Notes: generated by a model not told the origin, from the sequence alone. Shown: positions 1 through 7,926, numbered from the stretch's first letter. The stretch: 17,698 bases of DNA from an uncultured archaeon (GCA_964480435.1 CAYZSS010000013.1:1-17698); one strand, 5' to 3'. Numbers and translations are program-made.

Positions 1-703
<703 letters not shown>

Positions 704-840
704 TTAAGTTAAAAAAAAGGATTTTTGTCCTTGTTTTTGTCTTACATATATAATATATAACATTAACTATATAAATGCTAGGATTTTGGCTGATTTTTGG
801 GTGCAAAAAGGAGACTATTTTCTACTTCTTTGTGTAACAT

Positions 841-852
841 AAATATATAAAT
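841..852 (+). promoter_or_regulatory. TATA-box-like element upstream of trpS. The spacing implies a leaderless or near-leaderless mRNA.
   Basis: aaatatataaat is centred about 26-28 nt upstream of the trpS ATG at 874. No Shine-Dalgarno motif lies between them. An archaeal TATA box normally sits about 26 nt upstream of the transcription start site. Confidence 0.35.
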
Positions 853-873
853 AAATGACTCTAAATTATAAGT

Positions 874-1995
874 ATGGTTAAAGATACTAATTTTACTGTC
901 AATCCTTGGGAAGTTCAGGGAAATATAGATTATTCTAAACTCATTAAAGACTTTGGGCTTGAGCCTATGGGGAAATTGCCTCAAAAGGTTAAGGAAAACA
1001 TTCTTTTTAGAAGAGGATTTGTATTTGCCCACAGAGATTTCTCAAGAATATCCAAATGCATTGAAGAAAAGAAGCCTTTTGCAATGATGACCGGTCTAAT
1101 GCCCTCAGGAAACATGCATTTTGGGCACAAAATTGCAGCAGACCAAATAATCCTATACCAAAACCTAGGAGCCAAGGTATACATCGCTGTTGCGGACACA
1201 GAAGCCTATAACTCCAGAAACACAAACCTGGAAGAGCTAAGAAACACCGCAATCGACCAATACCTAGTAAATTACATTGCTTTAGGATTAAAGCCAAAGA
1301 ATTGTGATTTTTATTTCCAAAGTTCAAGAAGCAAGGACGGAAAGAAAGCATCAGCCTACTATACTCTAGCAAACAGGCTAGCAAGGCATGCAACCTTTAA
1401 TGAGTTTAAAGCAGTATATGGAGAAATAAGCCCAGGAAAGATGGCATCTTCATTATTACAGGCATCAGATATGCTACACCCTCAGCTGAATGAGTTTGAT
1501 GGTCCAACCCCAACCATTGTACCTGTTGGAGCCGACCAAGACCCACATATAAGATTAACAAGGGATATTTCCCAAAGGATAAAAACTAATAACTTTATTC
1601 AAATAAGTTCAACTTATCATAGATTCTTGCCCGGATTAGGAGGAGGAAAGATGAGTTCCTCAGACCCAACAAGCCACATAGCTTTAAGCGAGAACCCAGA
1701 AAATGTAAAAAAACTCATCAACAAATATGCTTTTAGTGGCGGTCAGCCAACTCTAGAAGAGCACAGAAAGAAAGGTGGAAACCCAGATATTGATGTTTCT
1801 TATCAATACCTAACTTATATGGAAGAAGATGACAAAAAGCTTGCAAAGATTTACAATGATTACAAAAGCGGTGCTTTACTTTCAGGAGAAATAAAAGCTT
1901 TAGCTATTGAGAAAATTAGTTCTTTCCTAAAAGGTCATGAAAAAGAAAGAGAAAAAGCAAAAAAAAGAATTAATGAGTTTATTCTAAAGAGGTAA
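874..1995 (+). CDS. trpS: Tryptophanyl-tRNA synthetase, archaeal/eukaryal type (class I aaRS)
   Basis: 373-aa ORF. The N-terminus, VNPWEVQGNIDYSKLIKDFG, is typical of archaeal/eukaryal TrpRS. It has the HIGH-type motif PSGNMHFGH and the KMSKS-type motif GKMSSS. AT-rich antisense ORFs (778-1032, 981-1199, 1007-1393) are shadows. Confidence 0.92.
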   Translation: MVKDTNFTVNPWEVQGNIDYSKLIKDFGLEPMGKLPQKVKENILFRRGFVFAHRDFSRISKCIEEKKPFAMMTGLMPSGNMHFGHKIAADQIILYQNLGAKVYIAVADTEAYNSRNTNLEELRNTAIDQYLVNYIALGLKPKNCDFYFQSSRSKDGKKASAYYTLANRLARHATFNEFKAVYGEISPGKMASSLLQASDMLHPQLNEFDGPTPTIVPVGADQDPHIRLTRDISQRIKTNNFIQISSTYHRFLPGLGGGKMSSSDPTSHIALSENPENVKKLINKYAFSGGQPTLEEHRKKGGNPDIDVSYQYLTYMEEDDKKLAKIYNDYKSGALLSGEIKALAIEKISSFLKGHEKEREKAKKRINEFILKR

Positions 1996-1999
1996 AAAA

Positions 2000-2638
2000 A
2001 TGTTAGAAAAAAGACCTACAAAGAATTTATTAGTAAGAGGCGAAGAAGCAGAGGTTTTTAGATACGATGAAAGAACTAGAAACAAAAAAAGAGATATAGT
2101 GAGAATAAAACCAATGGTATTAAACGCAAGAAAATCTGCTTTTGCTAAATTCAGAAAATTAAAATTAGCAAACGCTATTTTCCCAGAATTATTTATTACT
2201 CCCACAAGATCAATACACTCAAAAGAAACCCTTGATGGCACTAATTATTTAATGTCTCGTTATGAAGAAACTACTCCAGAATATGTTGACTTTGTTAAAG
2301 CTTTTTATTCTTGGTTAAGGAATAGAAAAAGTAGCTTTCCTAGTGACCACCCACATATGGTTGAATATAATAAAAAAATACGATATATTAGAGAGCTATT
2401 AGAGTCAGCAGGAATTTCTGCTCAACTTCATCCAGCAAATGTAGGTTTTAGACCAGATGGTTCCGCAGTATTATTTGAAATAAACGAAATTGATATAGCT
2501 AAAGCGAGCATACATATCTACTATATGCCACAATCAAAACAAAAAAGACTGGCAGAAAGGGAACTCGCAAGATATAACCGATTTATAAAAGCCCATAATT
2601 ATCAAAATCAGACCAAAATTCTCCGTAATCCTATTTGA
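2000..2638 (+). CDS. Hypothetical protein, translationally coupled to trpS, with weak resemblance to a degenerate RIO/Bud32-like kinase
   Basis: 212-aa ORF. Its ATG lies 4 nt after the trpS stop, and AGAGGT overlaps the trpS stop as a Shine-Dalgarno site. Only loose motif resemblance exists: LVRGEEAEVF resembles a glycine loop, and AQLHPANVGF...VLFEINEID resembles a catalytic loop and metal loop with the catalytic Asp residues missing. Function is not established. Confidence 0.6.
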   Translation: MLEKRPTKNLLVRGEEAEVFRYDERTRNKKRDIVRIKPMVLNARKSAFAKFRKLKLANAIFPELFITPTRSIHSKETLDGTNYLMSRYEETTPEYVDFVKAFYSWLRNRKSSFPSDHPHMVEYNKKIRYIRELLESAGISAQLHPANVGFRPDGSAVLFEINEIDIAKASIHIYYMPQSKQKRLAERELARYNRFIKAHNYQNQTKILRNPI

Positions 2639-2769
2639 AATAGAGCACATTGACTTAGAAAACGCAGAAAAATATGTTAAAAATTTACCTGAATCAAGAC
2701 AAAAATTAATGGCCTTAAGAGAAATAGTTAAATATAAAAGGTACTTATCTATATATATAAAGAGTTGAT
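2450..2769 (+). repeat. Diverged tandem duplication (period 160 nt) of the 3' coding module of ORF 2000-2638. The second copy is open in the +1 frame.
   Basis: Ungapped alignment of 2450-2580 against 2610-2740 gives 83/131 identical nt by my count. Copy 1 encodes RPDGSAVLFEINEIDIAKASIHIYYMPQSKQKRLAERELARYNRF. Copy 2 is open from 2589 to the stop at 2766-2768 and encodes RPKFSVILFEIEHIDLENAEKYVKNLPESRQKLMALREIVKYKRY. Copy 2 has no start codon near its beginning. Confidence 0.8.
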
Positions 2770-2773
2770 ATTT

Positions 2774-3730
2774 ATGCCTAGAGAACCGAGTAGATTTAAA
2801 AGAGCAGTTGTTGCGGGAACTATGGCGGCAAGCTTTGCTTTAGGTGGGCAAGCCGCAGCAAGAGAAGCTGCGGAAAGAGCACAATTAAGAGAACATGCAA
2901 AACAAGTTGAAATAGCAAGAGAAGCAGAAAGACATACTTCAAGCGATTTCAGAGTAAGAGGTAGCGAAATAGAAAAAAGAGAACTATTTAGACAAGGCCT
3001 TGAACAAGGAAAAAGATTACGAGGAATATCAAAAAATGACGAGGCAAGATATCTTAAATTAATGGATAAATACCAGAAAGGACAATTAACTCCAGATGAA
3101 GCAAGAGAAATGGCTAATGCAATTAATGCAGAACTAGGTAAAGAGGCAAAAATAAGTATTGTTTCTGGTCTAGAAATAAAACAGATGGGATTAACAGGCG
3201 ATATTACTAAAATGCCAAAGTATGCTTGGCACGCAGTTCTTAATTTAGAAGAGCATTATGTTTTAGTCCCTTTAGCAGAATTAATGATGTTATTTACCTA
3301 CTTAGGGCTTGCAAGAAAAATAAGGCAAAGAGGATTTTCTAAAGTATTAGAAACCGATGCAAGCTGGTCACATATAAGAGAATTTGGAGATTTATCCACT
3401 TTAGGAAAAATTGGTTTACTTCCTTTAGCTATAGTTGTAGCAAATAACCCAATTAGTATTGGATTAGCGTTAGGAGCCGTTGCAAACCCAAAAGTAAGAT
3501 CCCAAATGGCACAATGGTTTAGTAAAAGAAATAGAGGTAGCAGTTCTTATACTCCTGAAAGAACAGCAAGAAATAAAGGTCCAGGTACTGGCACAAGATT
3601 AGCTGAATACCTATACAAAGGAGATAAAGAAGAACCAACAGTAAGAGACATCAGAGACCATTGGGAAGACAGAGCAAAAAATGCCTTAGATAGACTTGCT
3701 GGATTTGATCCCAAGAAAAGAAAAAAATAA
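2774..3730 (+). CDS. Hypothetical membrane protein: N-terminal hydrophobic anchor, charged coiled-coil-like region, central hydrophobic helices, basic tail
   Basis: The track ORF starts at TTG 2765, and the first ATG is at 2774 (MPREPSRFKRAVVAGTMAASFALGG...). Hydrophobic stretches are AVVAGTMAASFALGGQAAA, YVLVPLAELMMLFTYLGLA and IGLLPLAIVVANNPISIGLALGAVA. No family was recognised. Confidence 0.7.
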   Translation: MPREPSRFKRAVVAGTMAASFALGGQAAAREAAERAQLREHAKQVEIAREAERHTSSDFRVRGSEIEKRELFRQGLEQGKRLRGISKNDEARYLKLMDKYQKGQLTPDEAREMANAINAELGKEAKISIVSGLEIKQMGLTGDITKMPKYAWHAVLNLEEHYVLVPLAELMMLFTYLGLARKIRQRGFSKVLETDASWSHIREFGDLSTLGKIGLLPLAIVVANNPISIGLALGAVANPKVRSQMAQWFSKRNRGSSSYTPERTARNKGPGTGTRLAEYLYKGDKEEPTVRDIRDHWEDRAKNALDRLAGFDPKKRKK

Positions 3731-3732
3731 AA

Positions 3733-3749
3733 TTTCTTTTTTTATTTTT
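3733..3749 (+). terminator. Oligo-T terminator after ORF 2774-3730
   Basis: tttcttttttttattttt begins 3 nt after the TAA stop (3728-3730). Archaeal RNA polymerase terminates at oligo-T tracts. This is a convergent gene junction with the minus-strand methyltransferase gene. Confidence 0.5.
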
Positions 3750-3769
3750 CAACTTAGATTTATACAAAA

Positions 3770-4405
3770 TCAGTTTCTTATTTTTTTAATTAACAGCAAG
3801 CCATTATCAATTTGAAGAGGATAACTGATTATTCTATTATCATTTTTTACCGTATCTAAAAATTTTGTCATATATTTTTTATAATTAGTAATATTATCTG
3901 CTACAATAATACCCCCAAGCCTAAGTTTAGGAAATACCTGTTCATAGTATTTATGGTAATCTTCTTTTTTTGCATCAATAAAAACAAAATCAATTTTCTT
4001 TTTGAATTTTTTTAATGCAGAAAAAATATCTTCTTCAAAAATAGTTATTTGTTTTTCTAACCCAGCGGAAACAATATGTTCTTTTGCCAATTTTATTTTT
4101 GGTTTAAACACCTCAATAGAATAAACATGCCCTTTTGTTTCCTTAGCCCCAAGACCAAACCACATACCAGAGTAACCTATAGAAGTGCCAAGTTCAAGAA
4201 TAGTTTTTGAACTTGTAGATACTACTAAGAATCGCAAAAATTCAGCAGTTGATCTTGAAACCTGCCAAGCATAAATAACGCCTTTAGTTTTATTTTTGGT
4301 AACTACATCTGTGTAATTTTTTGTTGGCACCCAGTTAATTGTTTTCCCTAGCTTTTCAACATCTTTAGAAACTCTTTCAAAATTATCTAAAAAACTTTGA
4401 TTCAT
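3770..4405 (-). CDS. Class I SAM-dependent O-methyltransferase (caffeoyl-CoA OMT / Methyltransf_3-like)
   Basis: Motifs are ILELGTSIGYSGMWF (SAM motif I), FVFIDAKKEDYHKYYE and LRLGGIIVADN, which match the FIDADK..Y / GG.IV.DN signature of family-3 O-methyltransferases. I prefer ATG 4405 (MNQSFLDNF...) because it follows a GTGAT Shine-Dalgarno site and lies 4 nt after the upstream stop. The track start, ATG 4444, would overlap the upstream gene by 35 nt. Confidence 0.8.
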   Translation of the reverse strand: MNQSFLDNFERVSKDVEKLGKTINWVPTKNYTDVVTKNKTKGVIYAWQVSRSTAEFLRFLVVSTSSKTILELGTSIGYSGMWFGLGAKETKGHVYSIEVFKPKIKLAKEHIVSAGLEKQITIFEEDIFSALKKFKKKIDFVFIDAKKEDYHKYYEQVFPKLRLGGIIVADNITNYKKYMTKFLDTVKNDNRIISYPLQIDNGLLLIKKIRN

Positions 4406-4409
4406 TATA

Positions 4410-6830
4410 TCACTTCTTAAATGCACTTGCTGTTTTTCCTGCATCCCAGGTTACCCTTGGTCTAATCTTTACTAACCAAAGCTTTTCAGAATTATCATCC
4501 AAGATTAATGCATATCCTTTTGCTCTGGGCATTCTTGCAAAATATTTATCCATATCCTCATGTAAATAACTTGGTCTTAGTGCAGACACAGCATCAATAT
4601 CTGGTTTTGCAGTCATTCTCATACTTAAAAATAAATCACACTGGGAAATTGCATCAGGATGTAATTTCTCTGGTCTCTGAGTTGCTAACAATAAACTCAA
4701 TCCAGGTTGTCTTCCAACTCTCACCCACTCAAGCAAAACATCTAATGCCATACTTGGTCTATCTTTTGGCATGAACATGTGGGCTTCATCAATAAGCATC
4801 CAAATCATTGGAAGGTCATTCTTTTTTTCTCCTTCCCCAATTAAAGTTATTTCTTCTTTTTTTCTTTCTAACATTCTTTCTTCATACAATCTTTTTCCAA
4901 GAAGAGCAACAATAATTTCTCTTATATTTTCCATCCCTAAAACTTGACCATAAGTTGAAACATCAATAATATTTACAAACCCAGGTTTAGCCATATCTCT
5001 TACCCCTGTTCCTGTTTTTGAAAATATACCCCATGACTCAGCAACATCAAATCTATTTTTCAAACTTACTCTTACATCTTTATCTGTTTCCTGCATCATA
5101 TCAATTGTAGCTTGTATTTCTTTTATTCCATAATAAGTTCCAAAAGTTTCTTTTGCTTTTTCAATTACATCCAACAATAATGATGCTTCTTTGTCGTTCC
5201 AACCAAGTTTGAACATTGAGAACCATTCCATTGGATCAAGATCAGAAGTTTTTATTGTAAATGCATCGTCCACAGGCATTTTATTTGTTTTATAAAAATC
5301 TAGTTTTCCTTGTGGAACTAAAACCCTTAGATTCTCCATTCCTTGTGGTTCCAAACCCCATTCCCTAATTATTGATTCATCTTCTTTATTTGCTAATTTC
5401 ATACTCCAAAAAATTCCAACAGTATCAATAACAAAAATAGACATTCTATTTCTTATTTCTGGCGGAAGATTAGAAAAACCTTCAATAAAAACCGACATCG
5501 CGTAGCTCTTACCACTATTGTGACTTATTATGCCATTAGCAATAAAAGAATGATTTTTTGGTACTTGTAAATCATAAACTTTTTTTATCCCTTTAATTTT
5601 GCTTATCTTTATTATTTTTTGGAAAAAGGACGTACTATCTAAGTATTCTGTTGATTTTCTTTTTTCCACCTTGTTAAATTTTCTTTTTTCTAATCTATTT
5701 TGTTTTTCTTTCTGGAAAAAACTTATTTCTGTTCTATATTTTTTTACTGAACTATAATCAGAAATGTCTAACTCATAGGACGTGAATTTTTTACCATTAC
5801 AAGTAGTTTTTTTTGTTCTAATACAAGATTGAATTCCAAAATAAGCCAACAATAAATTTAGGTCTCTGATTAATCCAATTGAATTGGAATAATAATTTAC
5901 TCTTACACCTTTTTTTTCGACGTATCCATCACAAGAAAATAATGCCTTAATAAATTCACTTTTAAATTTATTAGAAGATTCCCAAACTACTTTAGGAATA
6001 CGTATTATTTTATCTTTTTTTCCACGCGGAACCCCCAACTTTTCAAAGAAATGTACAATTTTTTGTTGTTCTGTTGTTACTATTTTACAATTTTCTTTTC
6101 CTTTTTCTTCGATTCTAGATTGAATTCCAAACTCTAAATCTAAATCTTTTTTCGTCCGAGTTAATATTTCTTCATCCCCAGCTATAATCCTTACTCTTGC
6201 TTTATTACCATTATATAGGTAACCCTTGCCATCTTTATAAATTCCAGACCTTATTTGCATACTACCATCAGATAATAAGAATCCCAGCAGCCTTGCAACC
6301 CTTAAACTATACTTATTTTTTATCTTTATTTCCGGCAGACTATAAACAGTTAAAATTTCATCAGTATCTTTTATTTTGCTTGCTTTAATCCACTCTGTTT
6401 TCTTGTTTCTTCTAATTAATAATGGATGCTCAGTAGTAGCTATTAACTTTTGCCCATCCTTAAATTCAAATTCACGCATCTCTTCGTTATTAGCCACATC
6501 GTAAATGATAAGCTTTGCTTTTTCCCATTCAAATTTGTTTTTTTCTATATTATAAGATAATACCTTATCTTTAGGTAAAAAAGTTGATATTTGTTTATAA
6601 CCCTTATCAGTAAAAATAAGAGTATCTTCAACAAGACAACCCCTTTTACCACAAATAAGTACAACATGGGGACTTGCAAGATCAACAAATACTTTTCTAC
6701 CTAATACTGGATTTTCTCCAGAGCTCATTACTACTTTTGCTAAAAATCCAGTTCCTTTTGCACCATATTTGTTAATATCTTTTTCTGGTCTTCCAACAAT
6801 AATATCTTCAGCTGCTAATTCAAAACCCAT
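4410..6830 (-). CDS. HerA/DUF87-type (FtsK-HerA superfamily) P-loop ATPase, intein-containing (paralog 1); extein about 430 aa
   Basis: After removing the intein, Walker A reads ICGKRG|SGKSYAMS. Walker B is WMLIDEAHMFMP. The sensor motif is LLLATQRPEKL and the C-terminal motif is VKIRPRVTWDAG. The track start is GTG 6839. ATG 6830 (MGFELAAEDIIVGRPE) lies 4 nt after a GTGAT Shine-Dalgarno site. Confidence 0.85.
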   Translation of the reverse strand: MGFELAAEDIIVGRPEKDINKYGAKGTGFLAKVVMSSGENPVLGRKVFVDLASPHVVLICGKRGCLVEDTLIFTDKGYKQISTFLPKDKVLSYNIEKNKFEWEKAKLIIYDVANNEEMREFEFKDGQKLIATTEHPLLIRRNKKTEWIKASKIKDTDEILTVYSLPEIKIKNKYSLRVARLLGFLLSDGSMQIRSGIYKDGKGYLYNGNKARVRIIAGDEEILTRTKKDLDLEFGIQSRIEEKGKENCKIVTTEQQKIVHFFEKLGVPRGKKDKIIRIPKVVWESSNKFKSEFIKALFSCDGYVEKKGVRVNYYSNSIGLIRDLNLLLAYFGIQSCIRTKKTTCNGKKFTSYELDISDYSSVKKYRTEISFFQKEKQNRLEKRKFNKVEKRKSTEYLDSTSFFQKIIKISKIKGIKKVYDLQVPKNHSFIANGIISHNSGKSYAMSVFIEGFSNLPPEIRNRMSIFVIDTVGIFWSMKLANKEDESIIREWGLEPQGMENLRVLVPQGKLDFYKTNKMPVDDAFTIKTSDLDPMEWFSMFKLGWNDKEASLLLDVIEKAKETFGTYYGIKEIQATIDMMQETDKDVRVSLKNRFDVAESWGIFSKTGTGVRDMAKPGFVNIIDVSTYGQVLGMENIREIIVALLGKRLYEERMLERKKEEITLIGEGEKKNDLPMIWMLIDEAHMFMPKDRPSMALDVLLEWVRVGRQPGLSLLLATQRPEKLHPDAISQCDLFLSMRMTAKPDIDAVSALRPSYLHEDMDKYFARMPRAKGYALILDDNSEKLWLVKIRPRVTWDAGKTASAFKK
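5517..6638 (-). mobile_element. Intein (374 aa) with LAGLIDADG homing-endonuclease domain, inserted in the Walker-A loop of HerA paralog 1 between GKRG and SGKS
   Basis: Block A is CLVEDTLIF, with Cys1 at codon 6638-6636. Block B is ATTEHPLL (TxxH). The LAGLIDADG motifs are LLGFLLSDGSM and FIKALFSCDGYV. Blocks F/G are VYDLQVPKNHSFIANGIISHN, followed by +1 Ser. The terminal Asn is codon 5519-5517. I checked both codon positions against the sequence. Confidence 0.88.
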
Positions 6831-6874
6831 AAGTATCACACTTCATTCTATATATGTTAAAATAGTATATAACT

Positions 6875-7135
6875 TTATTTCAAAGCCATTACTACAAACC
6901 CATATTTTTCAACATCTTCTTTTTTCCACATTGTAGCATTTTTTGTTTTCAATACAGAAGTTATTTTCTTTTCTAAAACCCTACCAGTATAATCTTTTGT
7001 TCTGGGGTCCCATTCTTTTAGAACTAAAATGTCCCCTTCTTTGCAATCAAAATCCGCAACTCTTATATCATAAGTTTTGCTTCCGTTTTTTACTAAATCA
7101 AAATACTCTGGCCAACATTTTTTTTCTATTTTCAT
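6875..7135 (-). CDS. DUF3850-like / ASCH-PUA-fold small protein
   Basis: The 86-aa ORF reads KKCWPEYFDLVKNGSKTYDIRVADFDCKEGDILVLKEWDPRTKDYTGRVLEKKIT. This matches my recollection of the DUF3850 pattern (W-PEYF..v..G.KtfEiR.nDRdf.vGD.L.L.Ew....YTGR). A 9-nt gap separates it from the upstream gene. Confidence 0.7.
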   Translation of the reverse strand: MKIEKKCWPEYFDLVKNGSKTYDIRVADFDCKEGDILVLKEWDPRTKDYTGRVLEKKITSVLKTKNATMWKKEDVEKYGFVVMALK

Positions 7136-7144
7136 ATTCTCACA

Positions 7145-7672
7145 TTAATCCATTTTTTCGAATTTTCTTTCATCAAAATGTTCTCTTAATCCATGGAACA
7201 CAATACCATAATTAACATATTTTTTTCCATCAGTATCAATATCATGCCATCTTTTCATTAATTCTTTATAGGGTATATAAGTTCTCAAAAAAGAGGAAGG
7301 ATCTGCAAAATAGATTCTTTTTCTATCATAACCTATTGCAACAACATAATGGCCATCAACCCAGTCTTTTTCCCAGTCAACATGCTTTTTATCAGTCCAA
7401 GCTTGCAAAACAAGTATTACTGGTTTTTTATGTGCCAAGTGCTTCTTCAATTCTTTTAGTGTCATATCATGCACAGTTGCATGCAAACCATATTTTTCTG
7501 CTACTTTCATAATTCCAGAAATAGGGGTGCCATTCTTAGAGGTACCAGCAAGTTTCATGATGATATCCTCTCTTACATCCTTCCCATAATATGCCAACAC
7601 CAATTGCACAGCCTTTGCACCGCAATCATAATTGTAGGTTTGCCTACCCCGAGGAAAATCAATCATTTTCAT
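7145..7672 (-). CDS. Papain-fold cysteine peptidase, C39-like (Peptidase_C39_2-like)
   Basis: Candidate catalytic motifs are QTYNYDCGAKAVQLVLAYYG (Cys), VDGHYVVAIGYD (His) and YFADPS (Asp). The track start at 7732 is TTG. The first ATGs are at 7672 and 7666 (MKMIDFPRGRQ). aaatataaat lies about 25 nt upstream of 7672, which suggests a leaderless transcript. Confidence 0.7.
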   Translation of the reverse strand: MKMIDFPRGRQTYNYDCGAKAVQLVLAYYGKDVREDIIMKLAGTSKNGTPISGIMKVAEKYGLHATVHDMTLKELKKHLAHKKPVILVLQAWTDKKHVDWEKDWVDGHYVVAIGYDRKRIYFADPSSFLRTYIPYKELMKRWHDIDTDGKKYVNYGIVFHGLREHFDERKFEKMD

Positions 7673-7759
7673 AATAGATATATTTCTTTGAAATTTATAT
7701 TTGTTACTATCAAAGTAGGAGCCAAACAGCAAAGGTTAGACAAAAAAATAACAATTTAA

Positions 7760-7800
7760 ACAAAAATAGAAATAATAGAAAAAGTGGCATTAATGCCACT
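7760..7800 (-). terminator. Stem-loop plus T-tract, a likely terminator of the Sm/MinD/HerA operon transcript
   Basis: agtggcattaatgccact (7783-7800) is an 18-nt perfect palindrome. On the minus strand it is followed by TTTTTCTATTATTTCTATTTTTG (7782-7760). Confidence 0.45.
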
Positions 7801-7801
7801 G

Positions 7802-7920
7802 TCTTTCTTTTGGGCAACTAAGAAACCTTTTTGCGTTAAGGCAAAAAGTTTCAGAGCCTGAATAATTTTCCTTTGGAAAATTACTTCTTACTTACCATTT
7901 TCTTTCTTCAAGAAAGAAAA
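7802..7920 (-). other. Series of five consecutive hairpins between the Sm stop codon and the terminator hairpin: a structured 3' UTR or a candidate small RNA
   Basis: I verified the complementary arms by eye. They are 7804-7809/7820-7825 (6 bp), 7827-7834/7841-7848 (ctttttgc/gcaaaaag, 8 bp), 7850-7854/7858-7862 (ttcag/ctgaa), 7863-7871/7875-7883 (taattttcc/ggaaaatta, 9 bp) and 7898-7908/7910-7920 (ttttctttctt/aagaaagaaaa). No ORF is present. Confidence 0.4.
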
Positions 7921-7926
7921 GGGCAG

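Noticed and set aside
778-1393. Minus-strand ORFs 778-1032, 981-1199 and 1007-1393
   Set aside because: They are antisense to trpS or span its promoter. Their translations are Leu/Phe/Cys-rich with no motifs, and the trpS frame explains the region.
2589-2638. Programmed +1 ribosomal frameshift joining ORF 2000-2638 to the duplicated module
   Set aside because: I considered this because the +1 frame encodes a homologous module. I see no recognised slippery or pausing motif, and a simple indel or assembly error in the A-runs is more parsimonious. It is kept only as an alternative in the duplication finding.
4410-4444. 35-nt overlap between the HerA paralog 1 stop and the O-methyltransferase track start
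   Set aside because: It is most likely a start-codon over-extension. ATG 4405 has a GTGAT Shine-Dalgarno site and gives a 4-nt stop-start spacing, so no special overlap mechanism is needed.
5640-5760. Lys/Glu/Arg-rich stretch (FFQKEKQNRLEKRKFNKVEKRKST) in intein 1 as a possible DNA repeat
   Set aside because: This is compositional low complexity within the endonuclease-to-splicing-domain linker. I could find no true nucleotide periodicity by eye.
7733-7926. tRNA, C/D-box sRNA or another known RNA family in the hairpin-rich spacer
   Set aside because: There is no cloverleaf-compatible arrangement, no GTTCGAATC-like T-arm, and no paired C (RUGAUGA) and D (CUGA) boxes at suitable spacing. Only a lone CTGA occurs inside a stem. 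It is therefore reported only as an unclassified structured region.
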